The notes under the pieces are model-generated. The model was not told the DNA's origin. It saw only the letters and a program-made list of their open reading frames with translations, and searched no databases. Shown piece by piece: positions 9,597 to 17,926 of a stretch of 64,000 nucleotides of DNA (the first letter of the stretch is position 1; the number at the start of each line of letters is the position of its first letter). Made by a program: the position numbers and the translations under genes. Source of the stretch: a bacterium (lineage in GTDB: Bacteria > Actinomycetota > Acidimicrobiia > Spongiisociales > Spongiisociaceae); NCBI GenBank assembly GCA_028821235.1, contig JAPPGV010000081.1:109431-173430 (forward strand), given 5' to 3'.

Positions 9597-11137
9597 TGGC
9601 TGCGCGACGTGGCCGGGGCGGGCGCCGTGCCCGCATCGCCGACCGCGGCCCCGCCAACCCCCAGCTTCCGTTCCGGCAGCCGAGGCTCCACTGGCTGCCG
9701 GTCCGGGCCATTCCGGACGACGGTGTCGAAGCCATCCACGAGGCGTCCCTGAAAGTACTGCGCGACGTGGGGATGGACATGCTCCACCTCGAGGCCAGGA
9801 CGCTTCTCGGTCGGGAGGGAGCGGATGTCGATCCCGACTCGGCCCGGGTGCGTTTCGATCCTGAGATGGTCACCGAACTGGTCGGTCACGCACCGCGTTC
9901 GTTCACGCTCCACGCCCGCAACCCCGCCCACAGCATCCGCCTCGGAGGGAATCACCTGGCGTTCGCGGCGGTGGCCAGCCCGCCCCACGTCTCGGGTCTC
10001 GGCCGTGACCGGCGTACGGGAAACCGGGACGACTTCAGGCAACTCGTGCGCCTGAGCCAGCACCTGAACGCCGTGCATCTACACGGTGGGTACCCGGTGG
10101 AACCCACCGACCTCCATCCTTCCGTCCGGCACCTGCACGCCACCCACGATCTCCTCACGCTCAGCGACAAGGCCATCCACACCTACAGTCTCGGCCGGCA
10201 GCGGACCCTAGACACGATCGAGATGGCCCGGATCGCCCGGGCGGTGACCGACGAGGAGCTCGAGTCCCAGCCTTCCCTGTTCACGGTGGTCAACACCTCG
10301 TCGCCGCTGCGGCTCGACACCCCGATGATCGAGGGCATCCTCGAGATGTCGGCCCGCAACCAGCCGGTGGTGGTCACCCCTTTCACCCTGGCGGGAGCGA
10401 TGGCCCCGGTGACCGTCGCCGGTGCGCTGGTCCAGCAGAACGCCGAGGCCCTCGCCGGCATCGCCCTCACCCAGGCCGTCCGGCGCGGAGCGCCTGTGGT
10501 GTACGGCGGGTTCACCTCCAACGTGGACATGCAGTCGGGCGCTCCCGCGTTCGGGACCCCCGAATACCTGCAGGCCGCGCTGGTCGGCGGCCAGCTGGCG
10601 CGCCGCTACGGCCTCCCGTACCGGTCTTCGAACGCCAACGCCTCCAACGCCGTGGACCTCCAGGCCACCTACGAGAGCATGTTCTCGCTGTGGGGAGCGG
10701 TGATGGGCGGCGCCAACCTGGTGATGCACGCGGCCGGCTGGCTCGAGGGCGGGCTGCGGGCGTCCTTCGAGAAGATGGTGCTGGACGCCGACCTGCTGCA
10801 GATGATCTGCACGGCGCTCGAACCACCGGCTACCGATGGCGGTTCGCTGGCCGTCGAAGCCATCGCCGATGTCGGACCGGGCGGCCACTTCTTCGGTACC
10901 GCTCATACCCGGGCCCGCTACCGCGACGCCTTCCACGACCCCCTCCTCTCCGACTGGAGCAACTTCGAGACCTGGGACGAGGCCGGACGGCCCGATCCCG
11001 CCCGGCGGACCGAGACCCTCGCCAAGGAGTTGCTGAGCGCCTACGAGAAGCCCCCGATGGACATCGCGGTCCGTGAAGAACTCGATGACTTCGTCGCCCG
11101 CCGAGCCCGCGAAGGCGGGGTGGCGACCGACTATTGA
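9596..11137 (+). CDS. MttB-superfamily (non-pyrrolysine trimethylamine/quaternary-amine methyltransferase-like) protein
   Basis: 513 aa with no in-frame TAG. The N-terminal RRGRGGRRAR and AIHEASLKVLRDVGMD, and the overall pattern, match the MttB family. Its ATG overlaps the hutU stop (TAATG). Confidence 0.75.
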   Translation: MAARRGRGGRRARIADRGPANPQLPFRQPRLHWLPVRAIPDDGVEAIHEASLKVLRDVGMDMLHLEARTLLGREGADVDPDSARVRFDPEMVTELVGHAPRSFTLHARNPAHSIRLGGNHLAFAAVASPPHVSGLGRDRRTGNRDDFRQLVRLSQHLNAVHLHGGYPVEPTDLHPSVRHLHATHDLLTLSDKAIHTYSLGRQRTLDTIEMARIARAVTDEELESQPSLFTVVNTSSPLRLDTPMIEGILEMSARNQPVVVTPFTLAGAMAPVTVAGALVQQNAEALAGIALTQAVRRGAPVVYGGFTSNVDMQSGAPAFGTPEYLQAALVGGQLARRYGLPYRSSNANASNAVDLQATYESMFSLWGAVMGGANLVMHAAGWLEGGLRASFEKMVLDADLLQMICTALEPPATDGGSLAVEAIADVGPGGHFFGTAHTRARYRDAFHDPLLSDWSNFETWDEAGRPDPARRTETLAKELLSAYEKPPMDIAVREELDDFVARRAREGGVATDY

Positions 11138-11147
11138 GAGGAGTTGC

Positions 11148-11822
11148 GTGAAGCCTGTCCGTTACAGCCCGGCCCGCCTTCGGACCGACGAGAACCCCGC
11201 CGGCCATCCATGCGCGGACCTACTTCACTACGAGGCCGACCTCGCCGTGCTGGACCACCTCCGCCGGGACCTGCGGGCGCTACTCCGCCGCGCCAGGGCG
11301 GGCGAGCTGGAACTCCGCCCGTACGAGATCAGGAACTGGGACGAGGACGGGCTGCGCCGCAGGATCGTCATGTGCGACCCGGCGACCCTGTTGGAGGGCA
11401 CGGATGTCCTCATCGTGGGCTTTCTCGGGAACCGGAGGTCGACCCCGGAGGCCCAGGCGATCGACGAGTTCGACATCGACGTGATCTCCGAATTCCGGCA
11501 GTACCCGGGAATCCTCAGCTACAGCTCGACAGAGAGAACCCCGAAGCAATGGGCGAACCTGGTGGTCCACCAGGAGGTCGGGGACCGTGAGGCCTGGCGC
11601 CACAGCGCGGTTCACGTAGAAGCGGCCGAGGTGCTGTCCCCCGTCGTGTACCACAACGTCCGCATCCACAACGGGCGGCTGCGCGGGGGCCCGATCGGCG
11701 ACGGCCGGGTGACCGTGGACATCAGTAAGTACTGGGATTACGACTCGGACCCGATGTGGCACGCGGTCCGGACACTCCCGGGAGGTATCACATCCGCGGA
11801 GTCCTGGCCGGGCCGGCGATGA
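11148..11822 (+). CDS. Hypothetical protein (possible ABM/dimeric alpha-beta-barrel-like domain)
   Basis: GTG at 11148 preceded by GAGGAG. The ORF-track start at 11073 would overlap the mttB-like gene. No motif recognised. The segment VGFLGNR...YSSTERTPKQWANLVVHQEVGDREAWRHSAVH is ABM/DUF3291-like by eye only. Confidence 0.5.
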   Translation: MKPVRYSPARLRTDENPAGHPCADLLHYEADLAVLDHLRRDLRALLRRARAGELELRPYEIRNWDEDGLRRRIVMCDPATLLEGTDVLIVGFLGNRRSTPEAQAIDEFDIDVISEFRQYPGILSYSSTERTPKQWANLVVHQEVGDREAWRHSAVHVEAAEVLSPVVYHNVRIHNGRLRGGPIGDGRVTVDISKYWDYDSDPMWHAVRTLPGGITSAESWPGRR

Positions 11823-12388
11823 CGGTGAGGCCGATCCTCTCCATAGGCGATCCTGGGCTGCGGGTACGGGCCGGAGAAGTGTCCCGCCGCGACATCTCGC
11901 TCCCGGCGATCCAGGACCTCATCGACGACCTCATCGACACCATGCGGCACGCCAACGGATCGGGGATCGCCGCCACCCAGATAGGCGAGCCCGTCCGGGT
12001 CATGGTGATGGAGGTCGACGACAACCCGCGCTATCCCTACAAGCCGCCCATCCCCCTCACCGTGGCGATCAACCCGGAGTACGACGTTCTCGACGACAGG
12101 ACGGTGATCATCAACGAGGGATGCCTGTCGGTCCCGCTGCGGGGCGACTTGGAACGCCACGTGAACCTCGGCGTCCGCTACACAGACCGCCACGGGACCG
12201 ATCATGAACGAGTCCTGCGCGGCCTCACCGCCGGGACCTGGCAGCACGAGTGCGATCACCTCAACGGCGTCCTGGTGGTCGACCGGATCGACCCCAAGAC
12301 CCTCAGCACCTGGGAGGAGTTCGACCGGCATCACCGTGAGCCCTTCGTGGAGCGCATCACCCGCTTCGTGGCGGAGGTTGGCTCGTGA
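11819..12388 (+). CDS. def: Peptide deformylase-family metallohydrolase
   Basis: All three PDF motifs are present: GSGIAATQIG, EGCLSVP, HECDHLNG. The start ATG at 11819 overlaps the upstream stop (ATGA) and the stop overlaps the hutF GTG (GTGA). Confidence 0.85.
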   Translation: MTVRPILSIGDPGLRVRAGEVSRRDISLPAIQDLIDDLIDTMRHANGSGIAATQIGEPVRVMVMEVDDNPRYPYKPPIPLTVAINPEYDVLDDRTVIINEGCLSVPLRGDLERHVNLGVRYTDRHGTDHERVLRGLTAGTWQHECDHLNGVLVVDRIDPKTLSTWEEFDRHHREPFVERITRFVAEVGS

Positions 12389-13752
12389 GCAGCCGCTACT
12401 GGTGCGAGCTGGCCTGGCTGGGCGGCCCGACGGCCGTCCCCGGCGTGCTGATCGAAGTGGACGGCGACCGCATCGCCGGGGTCTCCCCCGGCCACGCCTC
12501 GCCTCCCCGCGACGCCGTCGAGCTGTCCGGCCTGACCCTCCCCGCGCTGGCCAACGCCCACAGCCACGCCTTCCATCGGGCATTGCGGGGCCGGACCCAT
12601 GGCGGTGAAGGAACCTTCTGGACGTGGCGCGACCTGATGTACGGGGTGGCCGCCAACCTCGATCCGCAGAACTACTACCTGCTCGCCCGGGCGACCTTCG
12701 CCGAGATGGCGCTGGCCGGAATAGGCGTGGTGGGCGAGTTCCACTACGTCCACCACCGGCCCGGAGGGGACCCTTATGACGACCCGAACGCCTTCGGGGC
12801 GAGCCTGGTGGCCGCGGCGCGGGATGCAGGTGTCCGCCTGACCCTGCTCGACACGCTGTACCTGCACGGAGGGTTCGCTCCCTGGTCGGGATCCGGGTAC
12901 GCCCCATTGCGGCCCGAACAGGCCCGGTTCAGCGACAGATCGGTCCATGCCTGGACACGTAGGGTCGACAGCCTCCGGGCGACAGTTCCGGGCCCGGGCA
13001 CCAGGGTCGGGGCGGCGGTCCACTCGGTCCGCGCCGTCGACCCGCCGTCGATCGGAATGGTGGCTCGCTGGGCCAGGGACAGGGCTCTGCCCCTTCACGT
13101 TCACGTCTCCGAGCAGCCGGCCGAGAACGAAGCCTGCCGCGAGGTCCACGGTCGAAGCCCGACGACCGTGCTGTCCGGCGTGGGTGCGCTGGGCTCGGGC
13201 ACCACCCTCGTCCACGCCACGCATCTCTCCGGCGACGACATCGGTCTGATCGGCGCCGCCGGAGCCCACTGCTGCATCTGCCCCACCACCGAGCGCGACC
13301 TGGCCGACGGGATCGGGCCCAGCCAGGACCTGGCCCGGGCGGGGGCGGTCCTCTGCGCGGGATCGGACTCCCACGCGGTCATCGACATCCTCGAGGAGAC
13401 ACGCTCGGTGGAGCTGGGCGCGAGGATCCTGACGAACCGGCGGGGAATCCACCCCATCGAGACCCTCGCCGCCATCGCCACCGTCAACGGGTACCGGTCG
13501 CTCGGTTGGAAGGACGGAGGCGTTATCAAGCCGGGTTATCTGGCCGACTTCACCAGCATCGGGCTGGACTCGGTCCGCCTGGCAGGCATCGACAACCCCG
13601 ACGTTCTCGACGCGGTGATCTTCGCCGGCTCCAGCGCTGACGTTCACAACCTCGTGGTCGGTGGCCGGCCGGTGGTGGTAGGCGGCGCCCACGTGTCGGT
13701 CGATGCGGCGGGCGAGCTCGACTCCGCCATCGCCAAGGTGTTGGCGGCATGA
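12385..13752 (+). CDS. hutF: Formimidoylglutamate deiminase
   Basis: 455 aa amidohydrolase with the HxH motif ANAHSHAF and an N-terminus ([10 protein letters not shown]) typical of HutF. Confidence 0.8.
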   Translation: MSSRYWCELAWLGGPTAVPGVLIEVDGDRIAGVSPGHASPPRDAVELSGLTLPALANAHSHAFHRALRGRTHGGEGTFWTWRDLMYGVAANLDPQNYYLLARATFAEMALAGIGVVGEFHYVHHRPGGDPYDDPNAFGASLVAAARDAGVRLTLLDTLYLHGGFAPWSGSGYAPLRPEQARFSDRSVHAWTRRVDSLRATVPGPGTRVGAAVHSVRAVDPPSIGMVARWARDRALPLHVHVSEQPAENEACREVHGRSPTTVLSGVGALGSGTTLVHATHLSGDDIGLIGAAGAHCCICPTTERDLADGIGPSQDLARAGAVLCAGSDSHAVIDILEETRSVELGARILTNRRGIHPIETLAAIATVNGYRSLGWKDGGVIKPGYLADFTSIGLDSVRLAGIDNPDVLDAVIFAGSSADVHNLVVGGRPVVVGGAHVSVDAAGELDSAIAKVLAA

Positions 13753-14930
13753 CGCTGGTGATCGACAACATCGGCGAGCTGGTCACCAACGTCCCCGCGC
13801 TCGGGGCGGGACCGCTCGGGATCGTGGAGAACACTTCGGTGGTGATCGACGGGGACACCGTGGTCTCGGTAGGTGCGGCCGGCGCGGTGGCGGACGAGCG
13901 CCTGGACGCCGGAGGCAGGTGCGTGATGCCCGGGTTCGTCGACTCGCACACCCATCTGGTGTTCGCCGGCGACCGGGCGGAGGAGTTCACGCGGCGGATG
14001 GCCGGGGAGCACTATGACGGCGGAGGGATCCGGGTGACGACCGAGGCCACCCGGACCGCGGGTCGGGAAGCCCTGCGGGCGGGCCTGGCCCGGCGGCTCG
14101 AGGAGGTCCACCGGGCCGGCACCACCACGGTGGAGATCAAGTCCGGGTACGGGTTGTCGGTCGAATCCGAGGCTGCCACCACCTCGCTCGCCGCCGAGGT
14201 CACCCCGGAGAGCACCTTCATGGGCGCCCACGTGGTGCCCACCGAGTACCTGGGCAGGACCGATGAGTATGTCGACCTGGTGTGCGGACCGATGCTCGAG
14301 GCCGTCCTGCCCCACGTACGCTGGATCGACGCCTTCTGCGAGCGCGGGGCATTCGACGCCGACCAGTCGAGGGCGGTCCTCGAGGCGGGCCGCGCCGCCG
14401 GCCTCGGCCTACGCCTCCACGCCAACCAGCTTGATTACGGTCCCGGAGTCCGCCTCGGCGTGGAGATGGGCTGCGCGTCGGTGGACCATTGCACCTACCT
14501 CTCCGACGAAGACATAGAGGCCCTGGCAGCCGGCGATACCGTGGCCACCTTCCTCCCGGCGGCGGACTTCTCCACCCGCCAACCGTATCCCGACGCCCGG
14601 CGGGCCATCGACGCCGGCGTCACCGTGGCCATCGCATCGAATTGCAACCCCGGGTCGAGCTACACGAGCTCTATCTCGTTCTGCATCGCGCTGGCGGTGC
14701 GCGACATGAACATGACCATCGACGAGGCGATCGCCGCCGCCACGACCGGCGGGGCGGCCGCTCTCCGGCGCGAGGACGTGGGCAGGTTGGCGCCCGGCGG
14801 GCCTGCCCACCTAACCATCATCGACGCCCCGAACCGTCACCACCTCGCCTACCGGCCCGGGGTTCCGCTGATATGGCGGACGATCGGCGCCGGCTACGCG
14901 AACCCGGAAGACGACAACGAGAACCCGTAA
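13749..14930 (+). CDS. hutI: Imidazolonepropionase
   Basis: 393 aa amidohydrolase, [14 protein letters not shown], HutI-like throughout. ATGA overlap with hutF. Confidence 0.9.
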   Translation: MTLVIDNIGELVTNVPALGAGPLGIVENTSVVIDGDTVVSVGAAGAVADERLDAGGRCVMPGFVDSHTHLVFAGDRAEEFTRRMAGEHYDGGGIRVTTEATRTAGREALRAGLARRLEEVHRAGTTTVEIKSGYGLSVESEAATTSLAAEVTPESTFMGAHVVPTEYLGRTDEYVDLVCGPMLEAVLPHVRWIDAFCERGAFDADQSRAVLEAGRAAGLGLRLHANQLDYGPGVRLGVEMGCASVDHCTYLSDEDIEALAAGDTVATFLPAADFSTRQPYPDARRAIDAGVTVAIASNCNPGSSYTSSISFCIALAVRDMNMTIDEAIAAATTGGAAALRREDVGRLAPGGPAHLTIIDAPNRHHLAYRPGVPLIWRTIGAGYANPEDDNENP

Positions 14931-14945
14931 GAGAAAGGTCAACCC

Positions 14946-16403
14946 ATGAACGTTCCCAACCCCACCGGACACAACCAGTGGTACCCGTTCGCCAACCGCC
15001 CGCTCCCGCCCGATGTCAACGGCCAGTCGGCCAACCCGGCGGCGATACCCGTCTTCGATTCGGCCCCCCTGCCGCGGAGCGCCCGGTTCGTGGTGGTCGG
15101 CGCCGGTGTCCACGGGCTGTCGAGCGCCTACCACTTGGCCATGTACCTCGAGCGATCGGGGAAGGGCAAGGGAAGCGATGTCGTGCTGATCGACAAGCAG
15201 GGACCCGGCGCCGGGGCCACCGGCCTGGCCTGCGGGTGCGTCCGCAACCTCTACATGACCAACGCGCTCCACCCCATCCTGCGCGCCAGCGTGGAGGTGT
15301 GGGAGTCCGATCCCGTGAACTTCGGCTTCCAGCAGGTCGGCTACGTGTCGGTCGGGGAGGCGAACCAGGAGGAGGACTACATCGAGCTCCACGCGTCGCA
15401 GGCCGCGAGCGGGTACCCGTCGGACCTCTACTTCGGATCGGACGCGCATGCGTTCCTGACCGGGCTGTGGCCCGACTTCAAGACCGAGAACTGCGACGTG
15501 GTGCTCCACGAGCGCCGGTCCGGATACGCCGGCACCCATATCGCCGTCTGGGGCCTCGACCAGAAGTGCCGGCAGTGGGGCGTGCAGCGCGTGTACGGAA
15601 CCACGGTCACCGGCTACGAGCGGGATGCCTCGGGATCGGTCACCGCGGTGGAGACCGACCAGGGACCCATATCGTGCGAGCAGGTCGTGGTGGGCGCCGG
15701 CGCGTGGACGCCGCAGCAGTGGGACTGGCTGGGCGGCCCCTCCCACCTCGACGTCCTGTATCCCGACGGGCACATCGAGAAGCAGATGGACATGTGGACC
15801 TACTGGCGCCTCCTGGAAGGCGAGGTCCTCCTCCCCGAGGGCGTGGACTTCCGCACCGCCCAGCACCGGGACTCCCCGGTTCTCCACGTGGAACTGCTGG
15901 ACACGCCGATCTACGGCGAGGACGGAACGATGATCAAGGACCACACCTACGTTTACACGCGCTACGCCGCCGAGCGGGTGGGCGCTCCCGGCCTCCAGGG
16001 CGGCACGATCCCGATCAAGATCGGCCCCCGAGCGGAGGTCGAGCCCTACGGCCATCTCAATGACCTCTACCAGGCGGAATCGTGGTTCGCCGACTACTAC
16101 TGCTCCGCCCTGGGCATGCTGTTCAAGCGCCTCGAGAACCTGCGGCCGTACTTCAAGGACCGCCGCAACGGTGGGATCGGTGCGTTCACACCCGACAACG
16201 TGCCGGTATTCGACCACCTCACGGACAACGCCTGGGTGATCGCCGACTCCAACCATGGTTTCAAGATGATCGGTGTGGGCAAGCTCACCGCTCAGATGCT
16301 CGTGTACGGAGAGAAGCCCGAGGAGTTGAAGCCGTTCACCCTGGACCGGTACCGCACCGGCGGCACCTTCGGCAACCGGAACTCGAACAGTCCTTGGGTC
16401 TGA
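14946..16403 (+). CDS. FAD-dependent oxidoreductase (DAO family, sarcosine/dimethylglycine-oxidase-like)
   Basis: FVVVGAGVHGLSSAYHLA dinucleotide-binding motif; 485 aa. A GAGAAAGG SD lies 15 nt after hutI. Confidence 0.75.
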   Translation: MNVPNPTGHNQWYPFANRPLPPDVNGQSANPAAIPVFDSAPLPRSARFVVVGAGVHGLSSAYHLAMYLERSGKGKGSDVVLIDKQGPGAGATGLACGCVRNLYMTNALHPILRASVEVWESDPVNFGFQQVGYVSVGEANQEEDYIELHASQAASGYPSDLYFGSDAHAFLTGLWPDFKTENCDVVLHERRSGYAGTHIAVWGLDQKCRQWGVQRVYGTTVTGYERDASGSVTAVETDQGPISCEQVVVGAGAWTPQQWDWLGGPSHLDVLYPDGHIEKQMDMWTYWRLLEGEVLLPEGVDFRTAQHRDSPVLHVELLDTPIYGEDGTMIKDHTYVYTRYAAERVGAPGLQGGTIPIKIGPRAEVEPYGHLNDLYQAESWFADYYCSALGMLFKRLENLRPYFKDRRNGGIGAFTPDNVPVFDHLTDNAWVIADSNHGFKMIGVGKLTAQMLVYGEKPEELKPFTLDRYRTGGTFGNRNSNSPWV

Positions 16404-16404
16404 T

Positions 16405-16470
16405 TAGTTTCTAGTTGCTAGTCTGTAGTTGTTAGTTACTAGCATCAACTAGCAACTAGGAACTACCAAT
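16405..16470 (+). repeat. Phased TAG-N4 heptad array plus 11-bp perfect inverted repeat in an AT-rich intergenic spacer
   Basis: TAG occurs at 16405, 16412, 16419, 16426, 16433 and 16440 (exact 7-nt phase), then at 16450 and 16457, with a TAC at 16464. CTAGTTGCTAG (16411-16421) is the perfect reverse complement of CTAGCAACTAG (16449-16459). Confidence 0.9.
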
Positions 16471-16482
16471 CAGGAGAAGGCG

Positions 16483-17232
16483 TTGAGCACCCCGGCAGCT
16501 GGGCCGCTGAGAGCCGCAACCTATCTGGGCGACAACACGCAGCCCATCATGGGCGATCTGGTCGGACACCTGTCGGAGATGACCGGCATCGAGGTGGTGA
16601 TCGACCAGACGGCGGGGAGGACGACCATCGAGGCGCTCCGCCACGCGCCCACGCTCGACCTGGTCTGGATGTGCGGTTACCCGACCGTATCGCTCATCTC
16701 GGCCGGACGGATGTCCCATGCCGTTGTGGGCGCGCCGGTCTTCGCCGGTCACGGAGGACCGGTCTACCACGCGGTAATCGTCACCCATGGGTCCGGACCG
16801 CAATCATTGGGCGCCGCGCTGGAGACCAGGCTGGCCGTGAACGAACTCGAGTCCTGGTCCGGCTTTCTCGGGCTCAAGGCCCATGTCGAGCGATCCTTCC
16901 CTGGTAGGTGGTTCGCCGACCAAGTCGTGGCCGGTTCGCACCGGGCCTCGCTCGCAGCGCTGGCCGACGGGACCTGTGATGTCGCCTCGGTCGACGTGAC
17001 CGTGTGGGAGCACGCGCTGGCCGAGAGGCCGGAGGAAGTGGCGGGATTCCGCGTGATCGACCGCACCGTCGACTGGCCGGCGCCACCCTTCAGCTTGAGT
17101 TCGAAATTGGAGACCGCAACACGCGACAGCCTCACACGAGCGTTGCATGCCCTCGGCCCGGCGGACATCGCCTCGCTGGACGGCGTGGTTCCCGCCGGGC
17201 TCGATCTCTACGAGAACGTGATGCCCGTGTGA
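16483..17232 (+). CDS. PhnD-like periplasmic-binding-protein-fold protein lacking a signal peptide
   Basis: TTG start preceded by AGGAGAAGG; 249 aa. PBP type-2 pattern similar to phosphonate/phosphite-binding proteins, with no hydrophobic N-terminus. Confidence 0.55.
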   Translation: MSTPAAGPLRAATYLGDNTQPIMGDLVGHLSEMTGIEVVIDQTAGRTTIEALRHAPTLDLVWMCGYPTVSLISAGRMSHAVVGAPVFAGHGGPVYHAVIVTHGSGPQSLGAALETRLAVNELESWSGFLGLKAHVERSFPGRWFADQVVAGSHRASLAALADGTCDVASVDVTVWEHALAERPEEVAGFRVIDRTVDWPAPPFSLSSKLETATRDSLTRALHALGPADIASLDGVVPAGLDLYENVMPV

Positions 17233-17235
17233 CCT

Positions 17236-17272
17236 GCTTGCAGTTTGATGTCTGTTGTGTCATTATGCAAGC
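17236..17272 (+). promoter_or_regulatory. Inverted repeat directly upstream of the vapB start (candidate autoregulatory operator)
   Basis: GCTTGCA (17236-17242) pairs with TGCAAGC (17266-17272), flanking an AT-rich spacer and abutting the ATG at 17273. Confidence 0.4.
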
Positions 17273-17509
17273 ATGCCGGTTCAGATAACCGTAAGGGGTG
17301 TCCCGGAGTCAGTCCGCGACGAGCTAGCCGCGAGAGCTGCCCTCAACCGCCAGTCGATGCAGGAATACCTGCGATGCGAGTTGGAGCGCATTGCCTCCCG
17401 ACCATCCCTAGCCACCTTGGTCTCCGAAATACGGCGGCGTAAGGCGGCCGCAGGCACCAGCATTCCAAGTTCGCTGATCATTCAAGAGCGAGACGCGGAC
17501 CGGAAGTGA
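17273..17509 (+). CDS. vapB: FitA/VapB-like ribbon-helix-helix antitoxin
   Basis: MPVQITVRGVPESVRDELAARAALNRQSMQEYLR is an Arc/MetJ-type RHH. The stop overlaps the PIN gene start by 4 nt. Confidence 0.8.
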   Translation: MPVQITVRGVPESVRDELAARAALNRQSMQEYLRCELERIASRPSLATLVSEIRRRKAAAGTSIPSSLIIQERDADRK

Positions 17510-17925
17510 AGGCAGTTGTCGACTCATCGGTGCTCGTGGCGGCGCTGGTGGATACCACTAACGACGGCCTCTGGGCAGAGGAGGTGATCTCGGAGGGTCC
17601 GCTAGCCGCACCGGAACTGGCCCTGGCAGAGGTCACCAACGTCCTTCGGCGGATGGAACTATCCGTAAGGCTCTCAAGTCTTGAAGCCACGGCTTCTCAT
17701 CGCGACCTGCTCAGACTTGACCTGGACTTGTACCCATTCGCGCCGTTTGCCGACCGTGTATGGGCGTTACGCGCCAACCTGACCTGCTACGACGCCTGGT
17801 ACGTGGCGCTGGCCGAAGCGCTTGACTTCCCACTTGTAACCCTCGACCGCAGGATCGGCCGATCCCCTGGACTGCAGTGTGAGGTGGTTCTTCCACAGAG
17901 GCCAAGACCACGAAGCCCGGCATGA
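17506..17925 (+). CDS. vapC: PIN-domain toxin VapC
   Basis: 139 aa; VVDSSVLVAAL N-terminal acidic motif and CYDAWYVALAE, typical of PIN. Confidence 0.85.
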   Translation: MKAVVDSSVLVAALVDTTNDGLWAEEVISEGPLAAPELALAEVTNVLRRMELSVRLSSLEATASHRDLLRLDLDLYPFAPFADRVWALRANLTCYDAWYVALAEALDFPLVTLDRRIGRSPGLQCEVVLPQRPRPRSPA

Positions 17926-17926
17926 T

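Noticed and set aside
12331-13692. 453-aa minus-strand ORF antisense to hutF
   Set aside because: It is opposite a well-supported amidohydrolase gene and has no recognisable domain.
14489-16256. 524-aa (+) and 481-aa (-) ORFs overlapping hutI and the FAD oxidoreductase
   Set aside because: Both are alternative-frame or antisense shadows with Arg/Pro/Gly-rich translations. The annotated frames carry the HxH and GxGxxG motifs.
16405-16470. CRISPR array or minisatellite interpretation of the heptad repeats
   Set aside because: The units are 7 nt with no spacer-repeat alternation of CRISPR dimensions, and no cas genes are present in the window.
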